Notes under the pieces: model-generated
The model's database searches: none
What the model saw: only the letters and a program-made list of their open reading frames with translations
Told to the model about the DNA's origin: nothing
In this document: positions 29,021 to 38,883 of the stretch, piece by piece
How the letters are laid out: every line of letters starts with the position of its first letter
Numbering within the stretch: position 1 is the first letter of the stretch
Assembly: GCA_031393555.1 (NCBI GenBank)
Contig: JANMVW010000317.1
Location: 1-48,739, forward strand
Direction of reading: 5' to 3'
DNA: 48,739 bases
Source of the DNA: Acidobacteriota bacterium
Lineage (GTDB): Bacteria; Acidobacteriota; Polarisedimenticolia; Polarisedimenticolales; DASRJG01
Position numbers and translations under genes: made by a program

Positions 29021-32000
29021 GACAGCTTGTGTTGAAAATGGTCGGAGTGGCGTTCCTCCTGACGACGTTCGCGCTTGCCGCGGCGCCGCCCACTCTCGAA
29101 GACCTTCGCGCGCTGGTTGCCGACGGCGAGTACGAACAGGCCGGTACCGGCGCGAGGGCTCGATTGGCGGACATCGATGCCGCGGGCCGTGGAGAGTCGA
29201 TGGACGCCGCGGAGACCATCGACGTTCTGGTCGAGTCGCGGTGGAGAAACGGCGAAGCCGCGGAAGGCGACACCCGCGCGCTCGCCGCGCGCTCGCTTGC
29301 CATCAAGGAGCGGATCTCCGGACCGGATTCCGTCGGCGTGGCGGCCACCCTGCACCAGCTTGCCGTCGTCGATTTCTTCAGCGGCGACTACGAGCACGCG
29401 CGCGCCGAATGGGAGCGCGCGCTTGCGATTCGCGAAAAGGTGTTGGGCCCCGATCATCTCGACGTCGGTGAGACGGCGAACGCCCTGGCCAACCTGCTGC
29501 AAACTACCGGGGAGTTCGAAGCCGCCCGGCCCATGTATGAGCGCGCGGTCGCCATCCGGGAAAAAGGACTGGGCAAGGACAATCCCAAGGTCGGGCAGAG
29601 CCTGAACAACTTGGCGTCGCTGCTCACCGTGCTCGGCGATTACGCCGCGGCCCTTCCGGTCGCGGAGCGCTCGCTCCAGATCAAGGAGAAGGCGTTGGGG
29701 CCCGACCATCCCCAAGTCGCGTCCAGCTTGACCAATCTGGCCGACATCTACGATCAAACCGGCGACCGCGAGCGGGCGCGCAAGTTGTTCGAGCGCGCGG
29801 CGGCGATCTATGAAAAGAAGCTCGGCCCGGACAACCCGCTTGTCGGCACGGCGCTCAATAATCTGGCCGAGCAGCTCAGGCGAGACGGAAAGCTCGAGGA
29901 GGCGAGACCCCTCTACAAGCGCGTGATCGCGAATTGGGAGAAGGCCTACGGGCCGGAGCACGAACGGGTCGCGCTCGCGTTGAGCAACGACGCGCTGTTG
30001 CTGGCCGCGGCGGGCGAGCTGACGGCGGCCCAGGCCGAAAACGAACGAGCGGCGATCATCCGCGAAAAGGCCCTGGGCCCGAAGCACCCGGACCTCGCGG
30101 GAACCCTCGGCCAGCTGTCCGACGTCCTCGCCGCAATGGGGAACTATGAGGCGGCGCTTCCTCTTTATGAGCGCGCAGCCACGATCCTGAGACAGTCGCT
30201 GGGCCCGGCCCACCCGTCCCTGGCCCAGGCGGAACTGGGCCTGTCGCGTGTCGAGGCGCAGCGCGGCTCCCTCGATCGCGCCTTCGACCTGTCCCTCGAA
30301 TCGGAGCACATCAGCCGCGACCACCTGCGCCTCACCGGACGGAGCTTCTCCGAAGAGCAATCCCTGCGCTACGCGGCCGAGCGCCCCTTCGGCCTCGACC
30401 TGGCGCTGAGCCTGGCCGTGGAACGGCCGGGCAAGGTCTCCACGCCCACGCTCTTCGACGCGCTGGTTCGCTCGCGCGCCGTCGTGCTCGACGAGATGGC
30501 GGCCCGCAATCGCTCGGTCGTCGTCTCGACGAGTCCCGAGGTGGCGCGATTGGCTGAAACGCTCGCCGGCGTGCGCTCGCGCCTCGCGAACATGACGGTC
30601 CGCGGGCTCGGAAGTCTGGATCCCGAGGCTTACCGCGCGCTCCTCGACCGGACGCGTGACGAGAAAGAGCAGGCCGAGCGCGCTCTCGGCGCGGCCAGCG
30701 CGGAATTCGCCGAGGAGCAACAGCGCGCTCGCGTCGGCCTCGACGAGGTCTTGGCGGCGCGTCCGCCGAAAAGCGCGGTCGTCGCGTACGTCGTCTACCG
30801 TCATCAGCTGCTCCCTCCGGCGGCCCCCGATCCCAAGGCCAAGCCTGAGCCTCTCCCGAAACCCGTGCTCTCTCTGGCCGCCGTCGTGATGGCTCCGGGC
30901 AAGGCCGTGCCGGAGGTCGTGCGCCTGGGAAGCGTCGAGACCATCGATGCGCTCGTGCGCGGATGGAAACAGGAGGCCGCGCGCGGCGCTTCGAACGGCC
31001 GCCGGACGCCCAAGGAGTCCGACGCCGCCTACCGCGCGGCCGGCGGCGCGCTCAAGGCGGCGATCTGGGATCCGATCGCGGGGCGCCTCGGCGGGGCCGA
31101 TCGGGTGTTTCTCGTGCCGGACGGCTCGCTGAACCTCGTCACCTTCGCGTCGCTTCCGGTCGGAAAGAAAGGCTACCTGATCGAGACCGGCCCGGCGCTC
31201 CACTACCTGTCGGCCGAGCGGGATCTGGTGCCCCGCTCCGGCGAAGCGCGCCACGGTTCCGGAATGCTCGCGCTCGGCGGGCCGGACTACGACGCCGGCT
31301 CGACCGCACGGCCTTCCGCCGAAAAGACGTCGGGGACCCGTTCCGCGGGATGTGCGAGCTTCGAATCCCTGCGCTTTGACCCGCTTCCGGCCTCCGAGCG
31401 CGAGGCGGAGGACGTCGTCGCACTGTGGAAAGACGCCGCCGCGTCGAACGCCGGCCTCGTGACCGAGACGTTGTACTTTCACGGCGCCTCGGCCACGGAG
31501 GCCGCGTTCAAGCACGGCGCTTCCGGCCGTCGCATGCTCCACCTTGCGACCCACGGGTTCTTCCTGGGCGGCGAATGCGCCGTGGGAGGGGCATCGAGCC
31601 GCGGCTTCAAGGTCGTCGAGGAGCAAGCTCCCGCTCCGCGAGTCGCGGCCTACGTCAGCCCGTTGTTGCTGTCCGGCCTGGCGTTGGCGGGCGCCAACCG
31701 GCGCGCGTCGGCCCCTGCTTCCGACGAGGACGGCGTCTTGACCGCCGAAGAGCTGGCGTCGCTCGATCTGTCGGGTGTCGAGTGGGCGGTGCTGTCCGCG
31801 TGCGACACCGGGGTCGGAGAGATCCAGGCGGGGGAGGGGGTCTTCGGTCTACGGCGGGCGATACAGCTCGCCGGAGTCCACACGCTGGTGATGAGCCTCT
31901 GGCCGGTGGACGACGAGGCCACCCGGGCCTGGATGGCGGCGTTGTACCGCGGGCGCCTCATGAAACACCTCGATACCGTCGCCTCGGTCAGAGAGGCCGG

Positions 32001-32091
32001 TCTGCACGTGCTGAAAGCCCGGCGTGCCTCGGGCCAGAGCACCCATCCTTTCTACTGGGCGGCGTTCGTCGCGGCCGGCGACTGGCGGTGA
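29017..32091 (+). CDS. Exported TPR-CHAT (caspase-like) protease
   Basis: GTG 29017 overlaps the cyclase stop; signal-like N-terminus; kinesin-light-chain-like TPRs (LGPDHPQVASSLTNLA); CHAT dyad LHLATHG and LSACDTG; HPFYWAAF. Confidence 0.92.
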   Translation: MRQLVLKMVGVAFLLTTFALAAAPPTLEDLRALVADGEYEQAGTGARARLADIDAAGRGESMDAAETIDVLVESRWRNGEAAEGDTRALAARSLAIKERISGPDSVGVAATLHQLAVVDFFSGDYEHARAEWERALAIREKVLGPDHLDVGETANALANLLQTTGEFEAARPMYERAVAIREKGLGKDNPKVGQSLNNLASLLTVLGDYAAALPVAERSLQIKEKALGPDHPQVASSLTNLADIYDQTGDRERARKLFERAAAIYEKKLGPDNPLVGTALNNLAEQLRRDGKLEEARPLYKRVIANWEKAYGPEHERVALALSNDALLLAAAGELTAAQAENERAAIIREKALGPKHPDLAGTLGQLSDVLAAMGNYEAALPLYERAATILRQSLGPAHPSLAQAELGLSRVEAQRGSLDRAFDLSLESEHISRDHLRLTGRSFSEEQSLRYAAERPFGLDLALSLAVERPGKVSTPTLFDALVRSRAVVLDEMAARNRSVVVSTSPEVARLAETLAGVRSRLANMTVRGLGSLDPEAYRALLDRTRDEKEQAERALGAASAEFAEEQQRARVGLDEVLAARPPKSAVVAYVVYRHQLLPPAAPDPKAKPEPLPKPVLSLAAVVMAPGKAVPEVVRLGSVETIDALVRGWKQEAARGASNGRRTPKESDAAYRAAGGALKAAIWDPIAGRLGGADRVFLVPDGSLNLVTFASLPVGKKGYLIETGPALHYLSAERDLVPRSGEARHGSGMLALGGPDYDAGSTARPSAEKTSGTRSAGCASFESLRFDPLPASEREAEDVVALWKDAAASNAGLVTETLYFHGASATEAAFKHGASGRRMLHLATHGFFLGGECAVGGASSRGFKVVEEQAPAPRVAAYVSPLLLSGLALAGANRRASAPASDEDGVLTAEELASLDLSGVEWAVLSACDTGVGEIQAGEGVFGLRRAIQLAGVHTLVMSLWPVDDEATRAWMAALYRGRLMKHLDTVASVREAGLHVLKARRASGQSTHPFYWAAFVAAGDWR

Positions 32092-32187
32092 GAATCTTCC
32101 GGCAATCGTGACTTGTTCAACGTAAATTCCCGCGGGCGCTCGATTCAGCGTCCGTCTTGCGATCCTGAAGGATCGGGGGGTCCCATC

Positions 32188-35100
32188 GTGCGCCGTTCAA
32201 CGCGGACTGTCTTCCTGTCACTCAGCCTCGCCGCCTCACCCGTGTTGGCCCTCGCGGCGCAGATCCCCTTCGGCCCGCAGGAAATCGTTTCGACGAGCAA
32301 TGGCATCGGACTCGATGTCATCGCGGGGGACCTGGACGGGGACGGCGACTTAGACCTCGTCGGCTCCGGCGGGTCGAACGCTGGATCCGGAGTCTACTGG
32401 TACGAGAATCTCGATGGGACGGGGAAATTCTCGACGTCGCGTGCGATCGGCGCCGGACAGCTCGAGAATCGAGGCAGCATCGAATTGGTGGACATGGACC
32501 AGGACGGCGACCTGGATCTGCTCTCCGGATGGTTCTATCTGGCCGCGTGGTATCCGAACGACGGTCACGGCAACTTCGGCGCGCGCACCGTGATTCGCGA
32601 CGAGACGTTCAATGGGGCCGGGTACGACGAGTTCGCGGCGGCGGATCTGGACGGCGATGGGGATCCCGACGTCATCGGCCTTTCGGGGTCGGTGTTCGGC
32701 CCGACCGACAAGCTCGTTTGGTTCCGCAACAACGGCGGAGGAACGTTCAATCCCGCGACCGAGAACTTCATCGATGCCCTGGCGAACGAAAACGGGGTTG
32801 GCCACGTGGCCCCCGCCGACCTGGACGGCGATGGGGACATCGATCTGGTGGCGACCCAGACCGCGCCGTTCGGCGGCGACAATCGAGTGGTCTGGTACAA
32901 GAACATCGACGGCGCGGGCAGCTTCTCCGGAAAACTAACGATCTCCACGGCGACACAGCAGCTCAGTGACGTCGCCGTGACCGACGTCGACGGCGATGGA
33001 GATCTCGACGTGGTCTCGGCGGACTACGGCTTCAACGCGGTCCGCTGGCACGAGAACACGGCCGGAAACGGGAGCGCCTGGACCGACCACCTCATCGACG
33101 CGACGGCTTCCGTGAGTTATTTCGTCAACGTTGCGGACATGGATCTGGACGGCGACCCGGACGTGCTCGTGGCCACGCGCGTCACGAACGAAGCGCGCTG
33201 GATCGAGAACACGGCCGGAAATGGATCGGCCTGGACGAACCGATTGATCACCGGCGGTGTCGCCAATCCAGCCGCCACGATCGCCGCCGACCTTGACGGG
33301 GACGGCGATCTGGACGTGGCCACCGCGTCGGTCAACGACAACAAGATCGCCTGGAACGAGAACCGCACGATACATCGCAATGCGGTATTCGGCGCCAGTG
33401 TCAACATGGACGGAACCGTGGGGCAGATGACGCCGCCGCGGGTCGCCGACCTCGATCGCGACGGCGACCCGGATGTCGTCGTGACCATGCGCACCGATGG
33501 CCGCCTGGTCTGGCTCGACAACAACGGCACCTCCCCCGACCTCTGGCCGTTGCGCAACGTCGCGACCGGGATTCCGTCGTTCACCGAGTCGTCCACCGTC
33601 GCCGACCTTGATGGCGACGGAGATCTCGACGTGGCGATCAGTCCGGGCGGAGGTTTCCTCCACTGGTATCAGAGTAACGGCGCACCGCTGCCCGCCTTTA
33701 CCGACAGGTCCATCCCCAGCAGCCTGACCCCGGGACTCCGAGTCGCATCGGGAGACATCGACGGCGACGGCGACGTCGACCTCCTCGCCCTCTCCTACTC
33801 CGCTTTGGCGTGGTACGACAACGACGGCGCCGCGCTTCCGGGCTGGACCGAACGCTCGATCACCGGTTCGTTCACCAATCCGAGGGCCCTGCTGTTGGCC
33901 GATCTCGACCGGGACGGCGACCTCGATGTGGTGACGAGCAACGCCGACGCTCCGCGACTCGTCTGGTACGAGAACAACGGCGCCACCCCGCCGTCGTGGA
34001 CCGCGCGCACGATTCTGACTCCCCCCGAGGCGATCACCGTGGAGGCCGCGGACGTTGACGGCGATGGGGACCTCGACCTCGTGGCCGCGTCCGCAACCGG
34101 ATCCACCGTCTTGTGGTTCCAAAACGGCGGCGGGTCGCCGATTGCGTGGACCCAGAGGACCGTCGCGTCCGGGTTCGTCGCGTTGAACGCCGTCCCCATC
34201 GATCTCGACCGGGACGGGGACATCGACATCATGACCAGCAACTCCGGAGTCAACCAGATCTGGTACGAGAGCAACGGAGGCTCTCCGCCGTTGTGGACGC
34301 CTCGGAGTTTCGCCGCGTTCAACCAGCGCTACTGGGCCCCCATCGATTTGAACGGCGACGGGGACGTCGACTTGATCCAAGGCTCTTACCCTACCCCCGT
34401 GCTCTCCGCGTTCGAGAACCTAGGCGGGCAGTACGGCTTCACCGGCGCGGACGTCTCGACCGGCGCGGCGTACGACGGCGAGGTCGTCCCTGTGCTCGCC
34501 GTCTCCGTGCAAGTGAACGGGCGGCCGGGCGATTCGGTGGGTCGCGTTGCGACGCTCGACATCAAACTGGAATCGGGGTCGCACGTCGCCCTGAGCAGCG
34601 CGCAGGCCAACGCGTTGTTCGACGAGCTGCGCGTCTATAGGGACGACGGCGATGGAACCTTCAAGGAGAGTCAGGACATCCTCGTTGCGACCGTGGGCAC
34701 GTTGTCGCTGACGGGCGGCGTGCAGACCGTGACGCTTCCAGCCAATGACCCGAATGTCCGGGTGGCCGCGCCGGCGACCTTCTTCGTCGCGCCGCTGATG
34801 GCGCCGAACGCTTCGGTTCAGGCGGTCAGTTCGTTCTTCGCCATCCATCGCGCCGCGGCCGGGAGCATCGTCGTGGATGCCAACGCGGGCCTCACTCTCG
34901 TCGGCGCCGCCACGACCGACGTGACGACCGCGAGTGCCGTCCAGGCTCGTCCGCGATTCGTCGTGAACGCGACGAGCGATGCGGTGGATGCGAGCCCCGG
35001 CGACGGGGTCTGCGCCACCGCCGGCAGCGTCTGCACGCTGCGGGCCGCGATACAGGAGGCCAACGCGCACGCGGGTGTGGACCGGATTGTGCTTCCCGTC

Positions 35101-38100
35101 GGGACGTTCACAATCACCGTTGCCGGGACCAATGAGGACGCCGCGGCCACCGGCGATTTGGACATCACCGACGCCTCCGGCCGACTGACGCTCGTGGGCC
35201 AGGGCGCGGACAAGACCGTCATCGTCGGCGACGGCATCGATCGCGTCTTGCACCTGCCCGGCTCCGCCGCGCTGACCCTCGAGGACGTCACCATCACGGG
35301 TGGCCACGGTAACGTCCCCGTCCCGATGGGCGGTGGTCTTTTGCTCACTGGAACCAGTTCCGCGACGATCCGACGCTGTTCGTTCCGGGGGAACGACGCC
35401 ACCGCGAGGGGTGGCGCGCTCGCCATCAACGGCGGCAGCGTCCTCACCGTCGAGGACAGCGTGTTCCACGGAAATACGGGTTTCGAAGTCTCGACCATCC
35501 AAGCCAACAGCAGCGGTTCCACCAGCCTGTCGAACTGCACGATTTCCGGGAACACCGCGGCTTCGGCCACGGGTGTGGCGGTTGAGGGCGCGAGCCCCAT
35601 GACGCTTTCCGGTTGCACGGTGAGCGGGAACACGGGCGGGCTTCGCTCCACCGGCGTGTCCATCACGCTCGCGAATTCCATCGTGGCCGGGAACCCGAGC
35701 GCCGGTCTGACCGGCGACGACATCAACACCGGATCATTCGTCAGCTCCGGTTACAACCTGATCGGGGAATCGGCCTCGGGGGCGTTCGTCAACGGCGTGA
35801 ACGGCGACAAGGTGGGGAGCATCGGTGCTCCGCTCGATCCCAAGCTGAAGCCGCTCGGTGAGTACGGCGGTCCCACATTGACGCAGCCGCCCTTCACCGC
35901 GAGCCCCGCCGTCGACGCCGGGCGTTGCGGAACCCTGGTCAAGGACCAGCGCGGTGTGAAGCGGCCGATCGATTTGACCGGGGTGGCCAACGCCAACGAC
36001 GGCTGCGATATGGGCGCCTACGAGGTCGAGAACGGTACGGCGCTGTCGCGCCTCGAGGTTCCGATTCGCTGGTGCGGCCTGCACGGGTCGCCTTCCATCG
36101 AGAACCCGAGCCTCATGGGAGCGGGCAACGTCAACGACCTGCTGCGCCTGCGCCACGAGGTGGCGTCGGACAACATCTATGCGCCCCAAACGGGGATCGC
36201 CTTCCGCTCGGCGGCGAACTTCTCCATCGCCAACTACCCGGTTCTCGAAGATCCCGATTGCGTGCAAGTGACGCCGGGGAACTACTCCTGCACGAAGGGC
36301 GTCCGGGGCGACGTGTACATCGACCCCAACGCAGCCATCTTCGACGAGTACGAAGAGCTGATCGCGGCGTGCCGTGCGGCCTGGCAGGCGACGGACCCGA
36401 AGATCGAAGGGATCACCGCGGTCCAGATCAACCACTTCGTCGACAAGAATGGGACGCCTCTCTCGATCCTGGGGATCGGCGGCCGCGCCAAGGAAGGCGA
36501 TGTCAGGGAGCAGGCGGACGCCGGTCGCGCCGCGGTCGTGGATCACTTCTATAGGCAAAGCGCAAATCCCTCGGACACGATCGACCGGCTCTTGGGGCAC
36601 GAGCTGGGCCACGCCCTGTCGCTGCGCCACGGGGATGGGCTCGACAACGATGTCAACGGCGTGATCGACGACAACGACGAGGCCGTCGTGGGGCTTCCGC
36701 GGTTCGACGGCAACAACGTCATGCAATACCGGTCCGGCACCACGCTCACCACGGGTCAAGCGACCCAAGCGCGGAGCCACCTCTTGGCGACGGTGCCGGA
36801 TGTGGCCGTCCAGCCGTTCTCGGACGCGGTCCCCAACGCCGTTCCGACCGATCCGGCCAACGCGAGGGTCCTCGAATTCGGATTCGGCGGCGTGCTCAAC
36901 CTCGCGAACGCGCGCGTGCTCGAGTTCAAAAACGCCAACGTCCTCGAGTTCGAGAACGACAAGATCCTGGATTTGGCGAATGCGCGCGTGCTCGAGTTCA
37001 AAAACGCCAACGTCCTCGAGTTCGAAAACGCCCGCGTGCTCGAGTTCGGGATGAGCTACGACGGCGAGGCCGGAACCGCGAGCACGAGGCTGCACGCGAC
37101 GACCGGGGCGATCCCTTGGCCGCCGTCGCTGCGTCCGGCGACCCGCTACTTCTTCTATCTCGACGTCGATCGCGACGATGGGACGGGCGCCTATCCGGCG
37201 GACAAGGTCAATCCGTCAGACGCGCCCAACCACTTTCCGGGCTCGAACAACTTCCTGCGGAGCCCCAATGTGGCCGTGGAAGCCGGAGTGGACCTGATCG
37301 CGCAGGTCGAAGTCCAATCGTCGTGCGCCGGAACGCAGTGCTCGACGACGTCGCTGGTGCGCATCTTCGACTACAACGACGCCACCGGTTTGTACACGCA
37401 GGTCTCCTCCAGCCCGTCGCCGACGATCACGGCGGTCGACGCGGCCTTGTACATCGACAACGGCGGTGCGCCGGTCGACCTCGACACGGCGTCTTCCGGG
37501 ATCACGGTCCAGCCCGCCATCCCGAACTCGCTGCTCTTCGCGGCAGGCTGGGGCTTCACCACGCCACCGGGAGGAGGCGCCCCGGTCCCCAATCCGGTGC
37601 GGATGGAAGTGCTGACGACGATCGGCTGCGTCGGCAACGTCCTCAACGACGGATCGGCCGCGTCGTCTCGCAATTGCCAGTGCGTAAGCTGCGCGTCCTG
37701 CCCGAACTACCCCGGATGCGTGGGGAGCGTGGGCGTTCCGCAAACCCTGACGGGGACGACGATCCTCGCGGATCATCGGGCGGCCGAGCTCACCTTCCAG
37801 CCTCCCGTTCTCCCGGCATGCAACGTCATCCCCGTGCAGGCCTCGCAGGGGCAGGCGGTGGCCGTCTACGTGACGAACCTGCCGACCAATCTCGCGGGCA
37901 CGGTCGAGGTCACTCGCAACGGGTCGGTCATCGGAACCGCGCCGGTGGCGTCCATCAGCCCGGCCGGATTTGTCAGCGTCGCGGCGACGCTTCCACCGAC
38001 AGCCTTGGGCCAGGTGACCTTGTCGACGGGGATCACCGGCTACGCGCCCAGAGCGCAATGCGTGGTCACCGTCTCTTCGAGTCTCGCCTGTCCCGACGCC

Positions 38101-38862
38101 GACGGCGACGGGACTTGCGACAACGTCGATAGCGACGACGACAACGACGGCGTGACCGACGCCGGCGACGCGTCGCCGCTGAACCCGCGGGTCTGTCGCG
38201 ACGTCGATCTCGACCAGTGCGACGACTGCGCAAGCGGCGTGAGCGCTCCCTTGCTCGACGGCCCGGACTACGACCACGACGGTCTGTGCGATTTCGGCGA
38301 TCCCGATGACGACAACGACGGCGTGCTCGACGCGGCGGACGGTCAACCGAAAAACAGCAACGCGTGCGGCGACACCGATGGCGACCAGTGCGACGACTGC
38401 GTCATCGCCGCCTCGCCGAGCCCGGGGAACGACGGACCCGACGTCGACGCCGACGGTCTGTGCGATTTCGGCGATCCGGACGACGACAACGACGGCGCCT
38501 CCGACTGGGCCGACTGCGCACCGCTCAACGGAACGTTGAAAGCCTCTCCCGTCGAGGTCGCCGGTGTCGGGCTCGGATCGGGCGGCAACAAGAACCGCTT
38601 GAGCTGGACCGCGCCGCAAGCGCAGGGAGGATCGGCGACGTTCAGCGACGTGGTCCGCGGCACGGGCAGCGGGCTTCCGGTCGGAAGCGGCCCCGAGAGT
38701 TGCGTCGCAATACAAACCTCGGCGGCGCAGGTCGACGATGCGACCTCACCGACGCCGGGCCAGCTGCTCTGGTACTTGGTCCGCGCGCGAAACGCCTGCG
38801 GCCTGGGGGGCTACGGAACGAGGACCGGGGGCGTGGAGCGAACGACGAGCGCGTGTCCGTGA
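32188..38862 (+). CDS. Giant secreted multidomain protein: FG-GAP repeats, CSLREA/beta-helix/choice-of-anchor-Q-like region, metzincin-like domain, octapeptide repeats, TSP3-like Ca-binding repeats, conserved C-terminal domain
   Basis: Probable GTG start at 32188 with a signal peptide (frame open from 32113); many DxDGDGDxD repeats; CTLRAAIQEAN; DQRG...CDMGAYE; HELGHALSLRH...NVM; DDDNDG repeats. Confidence 0.88.
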   Translation: MRRSTRTVFLSLSLAASPVLALAAQIPFGPQEIVSTSNGIGLDVIAGDLDGDGDLDLVGSGGSNAGSGVYWYENLDGTGKFSTSRAIGAGQLENRGSIELVDMDQDGDLDLLSGWFYLAAWYPNDGHGNFGARTVIRDETFNGAGYDEFAAADLDGDGDPDVIGLSGSVFGPTDKLVWFRNNGGGTFNPATENFIDALANENGVGHVAPADLDGDGDIDLVATQTAPFGGDNRVVWYKNIDGAGSFSGKLTISTATQQLSDVAVTDVDGDGDLDVVSADYGFNAVRWHENTAGNGSAWTDHLIDATASVSYFVNVADMDLDGDPDVLVATRVTNEARWIENTAGNGSAWTNRLITGGVANPAATIAADLDGDGDLDVATASVNDNKIAWNENRTIHRNAVFGASVNMDGTVGQMTPPRVADLDRDGDPDVVVTMRTDGRLVWLDNNGTSPDLWPLRNVATGIPSFTESSTVADLDGDGDLDVAISPGGGFLHWYQSNGAPLPAFTDRSIPSSLTPGLRVASGDIDGDGDVDLLALSYSALAWYDNDGAALPGWTERSITGSFTNPRALLLADLDRDGDLDVVTSNADAPRLVWYENNGATPPSWTARTILTPPEAITVEAADVDGDGDLDLVAASATGSTVLWFQNGGGSPIAWTQRTVASGFVALNAVPIDLDRDGDIDIMTSNSGVNQIWYESNGGSPPLWTPRSFAAFNQRYWAPIDLNGDGDVDLIQGSYPTPVLSAFENLGGQYGFTGADVSTGAAYDGEVVPVLAVSVQVNGRPGDSVGRVATLDIKLESGSHVALSSAQANALFDELRVYRDDGDGTFKESQDILVATVGTLSLTGGVQTVTLPANDPNVRVAAPATFFVAPLMAPNASVQAVSSFFAIHRAAAGSIVVDANAGLTLVGAATTDVTTASAVQARPRFVVNATSDAVDASPGDGVCATAGSVCTLRAAIQEANAHAGVDRIVLPVGTFTITVAGTNEDAAATGDLDITDASGRLTLVGQGADKTVIVGDGIDRVLHLPGSAALTLEDVTITGGHGNVPVPMGGGLLLTGTSSATIRRCSFRGNDATARGGALAINGGSVLTVEDSVFHGNTGFEVSTIQANSSGSTSLSNCTISGNTAASATGVAVEGASPMTLSGCTVSGNTGGLRSTGVSITLANSIVAGNPSAGLTGDDINTGSFVSSGYNLIGESASGAFVNGVNGDKVGSIGAPLDPKLKPLGEYGGPTLTQPPFTASPAVDAGRCGTLVKDQRGVKRPIDLTGVANANDGCDMGAYEVENGTALSRLEVPIRWCGLHGSPSIENPSLMGAGNVNDLLRLRHEVASDNIYAPQTGIAFRSAANFSIANYPVLEDPDCVQVTPGNYSCTKGVRGDVYIDPNAAIFDEYEELIAACRAAWQATDPKIEGITAVQINHFVDKNGTPLSILGIGGRAKEGDVREQADAGRAAVVDHFYRQSANPSDTIDRLLGHELGHALSLRHGDGLDNDVNGVIDDNDEAVVGLPRFDGNNVMQYRSGTTLTTGQATQARSHLLATVPDVAVQPFSDAVPNAVPTDPANARVLEFGFGGVLNLANARVLEFKNANVLEFENDKILDLANARVLEFKNANVLEFENARVLEFGMSYDGEAGTASTRLHATTGAIPWPPSLRPATRYFFYLDVDRDDGTGAYPADKVNPSDAPNHFPGSNNFLRSPNVAVEAGVDLIAQVEVQSSCAGTQCSTTSLVRIFDYNDATGLYTQVSSSPSPTITAVDAALYIDNGGAPVDLDTASSGITVQPAIPNSLLFAAGWGFTTPPGGGAPVPNPVRMEVLTTIGCVGNVLNDGSAASSRNCQCVSCASCPNYPGCVGSVGVPQTLTGTTILADHRAAELTFQPPVLPACNVIPVQASQGQAVAVYVTNLPTNLAGTVEVTRNGSVIGTAPVASISPAGFVSVAATLPPTALGQVTLSTGITGYAPRAQCVVTVSSSLACPDADGDGTCDNVDSDDDNDGVTDAGDASPLNPRVCRDVDLDQCDDCASGVSAPLLDGPDYDHDGLCDFGDPDDDNDGVLDAADGQPKNSNACGDTDGDQCDDCVIAASPSPGNDGPDVDADGLCDFGDPDDDNDGASDWADCAPLNGTLKASPVEVAGVGLGSGGNKNRLSWTAPQAQGGSATFSDVVRGTGSGLPVGSGPESCVAIQTSAAQVDDATSPTPGQLLWYLVRARNACGLGGYGTRTGGVERTTSACP
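36859..37050 (+). repeat. In-frame tandem repeat, 8 x 24 nt (consensus N-A-x-V-L-E-F-x)
   Basis: NARVLEFG/FGGVLNLA/NARVLEFK/NANVLEFE/NDKILDLA/NARVLEFK/NANVLEFE/NARVLEFG; 36904-36957 and 36976-37029 match at 52/54 nt. Confidence 0.9.
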
Positions 38863-38883
38863 CGTGATCCGCCGGCCGGCGAA

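Noticed and set aside
32320-34380. Recurrent GACGGCGACGG-type DNA repeats as a possible CRISPR or repeat array
   Set aside because: They are degenerate, irregularly spaced, and explained by FG-GAP DxDGDGD coding repeats.
36859-37050. 24-nt repeats as a CRISPR or DGR-type element
   Set aside because: The units are contiguous and in frame with no spacers, and there is no cas or reverse transcriptase gene.
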